Assembly (NCBI GenBank): GCA_011364905.1
Contig: RDNZ01000004.1
Location: 1 to 64,000, forward strand
DNA from: Candidatus Thorarchaeota archaeon
GTDB lineage: Archaea; Asgardarchaeota; Thorarchaeia; Thorarchaeales; Thorarchaeaceae
Length of the DNA: 64,000 bases
Reading direction: 5' to 3'
In this document: positions 57,225 through 64,000 of the stretch, piece after piece
Numbering within the stretch: the stretch's first letter is position 1
How the letters are laid out: the number at the start of each line of letters is the position of its first letter
Notes under the pieces: generated by a model
The model's database searches: none
Told to the model about the DNA's origin: nothing
What the model saw: the letters and a program-made list of their open reading frames with translations, nothing else
Position numbers and translations under genes: made by a program

Positions 57225-59846
57225 TTGGAGGTAGCTGATGCAGACATTCAGAAGCGGCTCAACAAACCCTACACTCTTGTGTTTAGGGATGGTAAGCAGG
57301 AGCTGACTGCGAGAGTCGATGTCTTCTCAGATGTTCTTCGAGATCGCCAGCGGTCTATTCTAAGTGGAATGATGGAATTCCAATTCAAACAATCAGGACT
57401 TCTTGAAGTCAAACGATTCTGGTTTGTCAAATTCAATAAGCCAGTCTACTATCAGCCAAAAGAGACCCATGACATAGTCAGAAAAGCAAAACATATCATT
57501 ATTCCTCGAAAGGATACGCCTCCTTTCATCAAGGAACTCAAGGATTTATTCCTCCGATTGCATGCTCAGAAACCAATGGTTGTGCCAACATGTCAACATT
57601 GTCTGCGCGATGATAGACTTACAATTCTAACGAAAAGGAATGTTGTGAAAATTACAGAATCGCAGGTTGTTTGTACAAACTGTGCACAGAGCGATCTTCG
57701 TGTTGAATTAAAGACAATGGGGATCCATCTCTCCAAGGCAATGACGAACCAGTTGGAGAGGCAAGTATCCAAGGTGAAATCTGTTCCAAGACTAATTGAA
57801 ATGATGACTCCTGGTTTTGACCCAACGCGCGAACCAGATTTGACTTTGATAGATACGATTGTTGCAAAAGAAACACATGCTGTTCGTAAGGTGTCTGACC
57901 TTGAAATCCCCCCCAATTTCAAAGAGAAGCTTTTGTCAGAAGGATTCGAAACCCTTCTGCCTATCCAATCGGAAGTCATCGACTCAGGTTTGTTCAAGGG
58001 AATTAACCTGCTAATTGTTTCTTCCACATCATCTGGCAAGACTCTGTTGGGGGAGTTTGCGGGAGTACCAAAAGCTCTGCTGGGGAAAAAGATGATTTAC
58101 ATGTCCCCTCTGGTCGCTCTCACAAATGAAAAGTATGAGCAATTCCGTAAGAGATACAAATCGCTTGGTCTCAGAGTTGGTATCAAAGTTGGAATGTCCC
58201 GTTTGGATGTTGGTGATGAAGGAAAACCAATTGTCGATACTGACATCATAAAGGCGGATATCATATGTGCGACATATGAAGCACTTGACCTGATTTTCAG
58301 GTCCGGAAACACATCCGACCTGGGTGAGGTTGAAACAGTTGTCATTGACGAGATCCAGAACCTGGCTGACCCCGAGAGAGGTCCTGAACTTGATGGACTT
58401 CTAACCAGGATGAGAATGCACTATCCTAAAGCTCAGTATCTGGCCTTATCTGCCACTGTGGGTTCACCGCAGGTACTAGCAAAGGAGCTGAAGATGAAAC
58501 TTGTGAACTACGAGGGTCGACCTGTCCCTCTAGAACGTCATCTGGTGTTTGCACGCTCCGATGAAGAAAAGCGCTCAATGATACGCCGCCTTGTCAATGA
58601 GGAGTTTCATCATGTCAGTAGTAGCGGAAACAAGGGTCAATCTATAATCTTTACCTACTCGCGAAGACGAGCTCATGCCTTGAGTGATTGGTTGAGAGAA
58701 CATCATGTATCAACGGCTGTCTATCATGGCGGTCTCTCATATTCACGACGCCGCAAGATAGAACATGCATTTTCCAAACAGAGATTCTCTAGTGTTGTGA
58801 CTACAGCTGCACTTGGTGCTGGAGTCGATCTTGCAGCTTCACAAGTTATCTTTGAATCCCTTGCTATGGGCGCTGATTGGCTTTCAAATGCTGAATTTGA
58901 ACAGATGCTTGGAAGAGCCGGCCGCCTTGGTAAACATGATCGGGGGAAAGTCTACCTCTTGGTACAGCCTGAACAGAAATATCACGGTGGTCAGGATAAA
59001 GCTGAGGATGAGATTGCAGTCGATCTTCTCAATGGAACTATTGAGGATGTAGAGCCTTTTGCAGACAAGGAAATGTGCGCTGAACAAATACTAGCAACTA
59101 TTTGTTCAACAGGTCTTGTCGATCTAAAAGAGGTAGCACTCGCCTACAAGCGAATGCTATCAATGTCAGTCCCCCCGTCAGAAGCTTTGAAGCATCTAGT
59201 ACGAACATACATGATTCGTGTGAAGGAGGGCGGGGTGTATCCAACTGATCTCGGACGGGCAACTTCTCTTTCATTTCTGACACCAAGTCAGGGATTAGAG
59301 GTCATGAATCTAACCTCCTCGTATGACGTTACAGACATCGCAATCCTATTAGAGCCGTTTGAAAACGTATACTTGAGCGCTAAACTTCAGGAAGAGGTGA
59401 ATTCAGCTTTTCGAACCTATATGCCAACCCGGTTATTCTCTGGTGTGTTCAATGAGATTAGTGACGCGAGCCGCCCAGAAAGCGGCGCTGGTAGACTTCC
59501 TCACTGGGTCTTCGAAGTGTTTGGTAAATGGACTACTACATTCTTCAACTGCGGGTGTCGAGATTATCCTGAGTGTGATCATGGAAAAATTAGCCTTGGC
59601 AGGTGGCTTGTCGAAAAACGAAAAGAAGGTCTTAATCCCTCCGGACTTGCTCAGAAACTCCACGATGAGTTTGAGCTTTGGGCGTATCCAGGTGATATCT
59701 TCTCATGGCTTGACTCTTTAATCCACAGCCTAAAAGCTGTTCAGAGAATCGCAAATGTGGCCGGAAAAACGGACCTTCATGTACAAATAGAGGATCAAAT
59801 CTCTCGGATTGAACGACCGCTAGAAGCAATCGAGAAAGTTGATTAA
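57225..59846 (+). CDS. Archaea-specific SF2 helicase (ASH-Ski2/COG1202 type)
   Basis: Motifs SSTSSGKT, DEIQ, SAT and QMLGRAGR; N-terminal CQHC/CTNC and C-terminal CGCRDYPEC.H. Confidence 0.9.
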   Translation: MEVADADIQKRLNKPYTLVFRDGKQELTARVDVFSDVLRDRQRSILSGMMEFQFKQSGLLEVKRFWFVKFNKPVYYQPKETHDIVRKAKHIIIPRKDTPPFIKELKDLFLRLHAQKPMVVPTCQHCLRDDRLTILTKRNVVKITESQVVCTNCAQSDLRVELKTMGIHLSKAMTNQLERQVSKVKSVPRLIEMMTPGFDPTREPDLTLIDTIVAKETHAVRKVSDLEIPPNFKEKLLSEGFETLLPIQSEVIDSGLFKGINLLIVSSTSSGKTLLGEFAGVPKALLGKKMIYMSPLVALTNEKYEQFRKRYKSLGLRVGIKVGMSRLDVGDEGKPIVDTDIIKADIICATYEALDLIFRSGNTSDLGEVETVVIDEIQNLADPERGPELDGLLTRMRMHYPKAQYLALSATVGSPQVLAKELKMKLVNYEGRPVPLERHLVFARSDEEKRSMIRRLVNEEFHHVSSSGNKGQSIIFTYSRRRAHALSDWLREHHVSTAVYHGGLSYSRRRKIEHAFSKQRFSSVVTTAALGAGVDLAASQVIFESLAMGADWLSNAEFEQMLGRAGRLGKHDRGKVYLLVQPEQKYHGGQDKAEDEIAVDLLNGTIEDVEPFADKEMCAEQILATICSTGLVDLKEVALAYKRMLSMSVPPSEALKHLVRTYMIRVKEGGVYPTDLGRATSLSFLTPSQGLEVMNLTSSYDVTDIAILLEPFENVYLSAKLQEEVNSAFRTYMPTRLFSGVFNEISDASRPESGAGRLPHWVFEVFGKWTTTFFNCGCRDYPECDHGKISLGRWLVEKRKEGLNPSGLAQKLHDEFELWAYPGDIFSWLDSLIHSLKAVQRIANVAGKTDLHVQIEDQISRIERPLEAIEKVD

Positions 59847-59850
59847 ACAA

Positions 59851-60111
59851 TCATGAAGGCGTATTGTCTTTCTCTATCTCAAAAAGGACTCTGATGTTGC
59901 CCACAACCTCCGGAGGCATGGAATCAAGATTCAAATCTAGCCACCTATGCAGGTCTCTGCGAATGGTCTCTTTTTGATTTAGATCCACTGGTAATTCTGA
60001 TCGATCCTCTGAAACCAGATGGAAGTGTGTACAACCGCAACTACAAGCTCCATCCAGAACCTCGTCAATGTCAGCTGTGGTTTTTCCACAAAGCATGCAA
60101 ACGAACATCAT
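59851..60111 (-). CDS. Small Zn-ribbon protein (COG3364/OapC-like)
   Basis: CMLCGK...LDGACSCG..HF. Confidence 0.65.
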   Translation of the reverse strand: MMFVCMLCGKTTADIDEVLDGACSCGCTHFHLVSEDRSELPVDLNQKETIRRDLHRWLDLNLDSMPPEVVGNIRVLFEIEKDNTPS

Positions 60112-60238
60112 CTTAGCTTTGCTCCAAGCAGATGCAGTTACAAATATCTATGAGGATTGGTATGGCTTAGGTAATACTGCCTATTTCAGGGCTAGACTTA
60201 TTTGGTGCTTCTTAGCGCTTGATTTCGGGGCGATTCAG

Positions 60239-60496
60239 ATGGCGCGGACATGTACATTATGCCGCGAAAAAACAAAAATCAGGTGTGACCGTTGTCGAAA
60301 TGAGTTTTGCCACGATCATGCCATCAAATGTCCCTCCTGCGGCACCATCACCTGTATCCGTGATTTGAATCATAAAGATCTCTGTCCTCTGTGTCACCGA
60401 CCATTGAATATTTGTCCTGAATGCCTTCTTAATGGTAGAATAGTGAGAACAATTGTAGGTACAAAGCAATGTCCTGAATGCGGATGGCAAAACTAG
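60239..60496 (+). CDS. Cys-rich multi-zinc-finger protein (85 aa)
   Basis: 14 Cys, mostly in CxxC pairs. ATG 60239 preferred as start. Confidence 0.7.
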   Translation: MARTCTLCREKTKIRCDRCRNEFCHDHAIKCPSCGTITCIRDLNHKDLCPLCHRPLNICPECLLNGRIVRTIVGTKQCPECGWQN

Positions 60497-60750
60497 CGCC
60501 ATAGTATCGCCAAAAGGAACAGACTTACTGCAACAATTGCTGCAATCACCCACGCTCTCTTTCCGTAGCCCCACACGATGGGGATTGGACCCAATAGAAT
60601 GATTCCTTTACTCTTGCTCCCTTGCATTCTGGAATCTGAATGGGATTTCATTATCATAGATACGATTCCTGAAATGATTATGATCGATCCAATGATGATT
60701 AGTGTCCAAGCTAGTATGTTGATGGGTCCATTTGTCTGCATAGTTCTCAC
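60493..60750 (-). CDS. DUF131/TIGR00304 membrane protein
   Basis: Motif GIILLGPIPIVWG. Confidence 0.85.
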   Translation of the reverse strand: MRTMQTNGPINILAWTLIIIGSIIIISGIVSMIMKSHSDSRMQGSKSKGIILLGPIPIVWGYGKRAWVIAAIVAVSLFLLAILWR

Positions 60751-61310
60751 CCAATATCTAATGGCGCTTCTGACATTTCAAATTCCATCCGTTCATACCC
60801 ACCAACTGCATCGCCTTCCAATGCCCAAAGCGTTACAAAGTCTCCGTAAATCTCGAAGTCTAAAGCGGTTTCAATCTCCTTAATCTGCGAACCCATAGGA
60901 AATCTCCATATTATCTCAAAATCATAAGGCGCTTCTTCTTCTTCAAGCCAAGTTTCTATCTTGTTCTCGCGAAGTTCGAACTTGCCTGCAAAGTCTATCA
61001 AATAGACAACTGCTACAACCTCTGAAGCACCCTTGAGGAATATATCACAATAGTCCACTCTGGACCTGACTCTCGCTCCATTGATCTCTACCCTCTCCTG
61101 GTCCAGAAAATACTGCATGTTATCCACTAGTTTTTCGACCTCTTTTTTCAAAAGCCTCTCATCACGAATGACTCTTCGATAGAAGCCTTCAGGGTCAATA
61201 TACTCATAGCATAGTCTCTCATGGATTTCTCCGGTTCTAGAGACAGAGAAGAATGAATCTGCATGCACCGGCTCAACCATTTCAGACAAAGCAGTTTCCA
61301 AGATAATCAC
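60747..61310 (-). CDS. Conserved archaeal hypothetical protein
   Basis: Motifs NMQYFLDQE.V.ING and GGYE. Translationally coupled to both neighbours. Confidence 0.75.
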   Translation of the reverse strand: MIILETALSEMVEPVHADSFFSVSRTGEIHERLCYEYIDPEGFYRRVIRDERLLKKEVEKLVDNMQYFLDQERVEINGARVRSRVDYCDIFLKGASEVVAVVYLIDFAGKFELRENKIETWLEEEEAPYDFEIIWRFPMGSQIKEIETALDFEIYGDFVTLWALEGDAVGGYERMEFEMSEAPLDIG

Positions 61311-62312
61311 CTACTCTATTGGTACAGCATTGATGCCAATGTCGGAAAGATGTTTCGAGAGAGTCCTCCCATTATCTGTGAAGCAGTATGCAATTCTTGG
61401 CTTGACCTTTTCTGCAAAATCTAGTAATCCCTTGAAGTCTGAATGAGCACTCAGAGGGAAGCCTTTTTCTCTGAACTTTCCAATGGTCCACCCAGAGAGA
61501 TTGAAGTACTCTATTTTTGTTTCATAACGATTGAACGCTTCTCCAAGGTTTCGTTTCATATTTTTGATTGTGTGACGGTAGGAGGAACTTACTATGACCG
61601 CTCCTTCATCCAAAGTCTTGGCCAAGTTAGTATCATGAATGGTGAAGTTCCTTAGGTCTACACCATGCCTTTTGTAGACAGAACTGACTTTGTCTATACT
61701 CGTATTTCCTGTTATCACCTTGAATCCGCCATTCTGTAGGAGGGCAATTGCCTCCTGTGATTTACCCAACGAGTATGCATGAAAGAGTGGGATGCGGTCT
61801 TCATTCAGCAGCTTTGATGCAGTTTCAAGTATGTTTTCGTAAATTGATTTTCGCTCTGGGAATATCCATTGTGGCGAGCCATAGGTGGCTTCTGTAATCA
61901 AAACGTCAGCTGCTACAGGTTTCGCGGCTGCGTGTATTAAGCTATCCACATTGTTGAAATCTCCAGTGTAGAGAACCTTCAGATCATCATCAAACTCGAG
62001 TAAGAACATTGTAGAACCAAGAACATGTCCAGCATTCAGAGCAGTGATGTTCACTCCGATTTGCCCAAACATATCTCCATGCTTAATTACAGTCTTATTA
62101 CGAAAATTGTCCGGTCGTCTTGCTTGCCATGTGTCTATGGTCCCTTTAGTAGCAATGATGTGACTGGCATTTTTGAGGTTTCCAATGTGATCGGAATGGG
62201 AATGTGAAAGCAGAGTTGTCATTCCTCTAATTCCAGTATCGAGTGCTAAGTCCACGTCACCGTACTTCAACCGAAACCCTGTACCGCTTTTCTTTAGACT
62301 GATAGTTGGCAT
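61311..62312 (-). CDS. Metallo-beta-lactamase beta-CASP nuclease
   Basis: Motifs SHSHSDH, AGHVLGS, YTGD, EATYG, YSLGKSQE and SAHSDF. Confidence 0.9.
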   Translation of the reverse strand: MPTISLKKSGTGFRLKYGDVDLALDTGIRGMTTLLSHSHSDHIGNLKNASHIIATKGTIDTWQARRPDNFRNKTVIKHGDMFGQIGVNITALNAGHVLGSTMFLLEFDDDLKVLYTGDFNNVDSLIHAAAKPVAADVLITEATYGSPQWIFPERKSIYENILETASKLLNEDRIPLFHAYSLGKSQEAIALLQNGGFKVITGNTSIDKVSSVYKRHGVDLRNFTIHDTNLAKTLDEGAVIVSSSYRHTIKNMKRNLGEAFNRYETKIEYFNLSGWTIGKFREKGFPLSAHSDFKGLLDFAEKVKPRIAYCFTDNGRTLSKHLSDIGINAVPIE

Positions 62313-62370
62313 GCAATGACCATCCTCTCTCAGACCTGCTTCAAACAAAAGGATTTCCCAGCATTCATAT

Positions 62371-63258
62371 CTAGAGTTGCTTTCTTAGCAGTGATAACTT
62401 CCTACAAGAAGTAAGACTACATGATTCCTCTAATGCTTGAATGAGTTCTTGTTGGCCTTCTCCCAATAGTGATAGGTCCATTTGCCGCGCTTTTCTTCTT
62501 CGTGCTTCAATAAGCAATTTTGCCGCCAAGTCTTCCCACCCTATTCTCAATGGGTCCGAAACAAGAGGCAAGACACAAAGTGTATCATCTATCTGCCAGA
62601 ATCCTGCCACTGCCGCAATGTATTCATCAATTGTTAGTTCCCAAAGATTTCCGTTTGCAAGTGCAAAATCTCGTGCAAGCCAGACTAGTGAGTTTGTCAA
62701 TCCCATTGGTTTGCTTTGATCCCAAATCAGCTCACTGCTCTCTTCTTCATTGACTTTTTCGTTCCAAACAGTAGGCCTGCCAAAGCTATCAGGTTCAACC
62801 GAAAATGAACAGTGCTTCAAGACGCCGACTTCTGAAAATCCTATTCGCTGGATGATGTTTTTTGTCCAAGGTTCTAGATCAAGGCTGAGGGGAAATCCGA
62901 GCTTTTTGGGCTCATCATTTTGTGGCACTAGGACATCCACATCACGAATTGCCACGGTTTTGAAAAATGGCATTGAAGATTTGATGATTTGGAAAGCTGC
63001 TGACTCTCTATAGTTCCCGTTGATAGCAACAGTTGAAAGAACCATTGCTGATCTTTTTCTATCTCTGTAGATTGATGTTCCGCCGATTATTCTGTTTTCC
63101 AGGGATGAAACAAATGTTATGCTCTCGGGAAGGAGCAAGAATTTTTCTACGAGGTCACGGTTTCTGGCGTCAGTTTCACATGTTGAATCGAGTAAATTCA
63201 GCCATGTGTCAATTTCGCTTTTTCTCAACCTTGCATTGAACATGACTGATTTGTCCAT
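62371..63258 (-). CDS. Hypothetical protein, possible degenerate GNAT fold
   Basis: Weak motifs VAINGNYRE and RIGFSEVG. Confidence 0.6.
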   Translation of the reverse strand: MDKSVMFNARLRKSEIDTWLNLLDSTCETDARNRDLVEKFLLLPESITFVSSLENRIIGGTSIYRDRKRSAMVLSTVAINGNYRESAAFQIIKSSMPFFKTVAIRDVDVLVPQNDEPKKLGFPLSLDLEPWTKNIIQRIGFSEVGVLKHCSFSVEPDSFGRPTVWNEKVNEEESSELIWDQSKPMGLTNSLVWLARDFALANGNLWELTIDEYIAAVAGFWQIDDTLCVLPLVSDPLRIGWEDLAAKLLIEARRRKARQMDLSLLGEGQQELIQALEESCSLTSCRKLSLLRKQL

Positions 63259-63381
63259 CTATATTCCTCTTGTGTGGCAATTTTACTGTATTGCGCTAGT
63301 GGCAAAAGAACAGCTCATAAGTCATACGTAAACAATATCGAAGGGTTTATTCACTGTCACGAAGGTAGCGTAGAGTTGAAA

Positions 63382-64000
63382 ATGCAGTCGCTTGTATTAA
63401 CTGCAGATGGCCTTCAAATCGCGGACACGCCAATACCTCCTTTGATGCCTGGTGATGTTCGTATCGAAGTTCGTTCGGTGGGCATCTGTGGGACCGACCT
63501 CTCAATCTGGAAGGGTGACTATGAGGCTCCCTTACCGATTGTTCTTGGACATGAAATAGCAGGTGCAGTTCATGAGAGTTCGGTACCAGATATTGTCCCA
63601 GGAGCTATTGTGACTACTGAGATAGATGTGTCATGTGGTCGATGCTGGTATTGTAGAACAGGAGCACGGCATCATTGTCTAGAAAAGGAAACCCTTGGCA
63701 TCACCAGAGATGGGGGTCTCTCTGAGTACATCAGTGTGCCTGCAGATCTTGTTCATCCACTTCCAATAGGCGTCGATACTGTTTCTGGCACATTTGTCGA
63801 ACCTCTGGCTTCAGCCATCAAAACAGTTTCTGATTGCCCTGCTGATATTGGCGAACCGGTGGTGATTATTGGGAGTGGTAAGATAGCGCTTCTGCTCGCA
63901 CAGGTATATGATGCAAGTGGTGCTGATGTATACATAGTTGGAAGAAATCGTTGGCAATTGGGGCTAGCTCGCCAGCTTGGTTTACTCAACACTTTGGACG
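63382..64000 (+). CDS. Zn-dependent medium-chain alcohol dehydrogenase (3' truncated by the window)
   Basis: Not in the ORF track. Hand translation gives GICGTD, LGHE, CGRCWYC..G..HHC, VEPL and IIGSGKIA. Confidence 0.92.
   Translation, partial: MQSLVLTADGLQIADTPIPPLMPGDVRIEVRSVGICGTDLSIWKGDYEAPLPIVLGHEIAGAVHESSVPDIVPGAIVTTEIDVSCGRCWYCRTGARHHCLEKETLGITRDGGLSEYISVPADLVHPLPIGVDTVSGTFVEPLASAIKTVSDCPADIGEPVVIIGSGKIALLLAQVYDASGADVYIVGRNRWQLGLARQLGLLNTLD

Noticed and set aside
1-64000. CRISPR arrays, tRNA/rRNA genes, IS elements, prophage or recognisable defence island
   Set aside because: No regularly spaced repeats, cloverleafs, transposases, integrases or viral hallmark genes were seen. The PLD and HerA-like genes lack defence-type neighbours.

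Overview
Gene-dense archaeal chromosomal segment of about 60 CDS. I found no rRNA, tRNA, CRISPR array or transposase. The gene content points to an Asgard archaeon, most plausibly Thorarchaeia; this is an inference. It carries several eukaryote-like genes: an OST5/TMEM258 homologue, an EMC6-like membrane protein, two tandem two-domain arrestins and a PRMT-fold methyltransferase. It also has archaea-specific genes (ASH-Ski2 helicase, RecJ/DHH, DUF131) and a bacterial-type NER cluster with two full-length, translationally coupled uvrA paralogues (uvrB-uvrA-uvrA ... uvrC). Other content: salvage and house-cleaning enzymes, paired giant FtsX-like permeases, a circularly permuted family-5 solute-binding protein, four TPR proteins and duplicated ferredoxins. 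Best leads: (1) a minus-strand run of membrane protein, His-phosphatase and two arrestins; (2) hairpin-led micro-peptide genes at about 3.7-3.9 kb (not in the ORF track) and 8.9 kb, which share a 5' motif and aromatic C-termini; (3) the uvrA pair; (4) structure-conserving 5' and 3' UTR hairpins on the two ferredoxin paralogues, one of which has a Cys-to-Glu ligand swap; (5) a 91-nt rod-like RNA candidate at 1.7-1.8 kb. All family calls come from motif recognition by eye; no searches were run.
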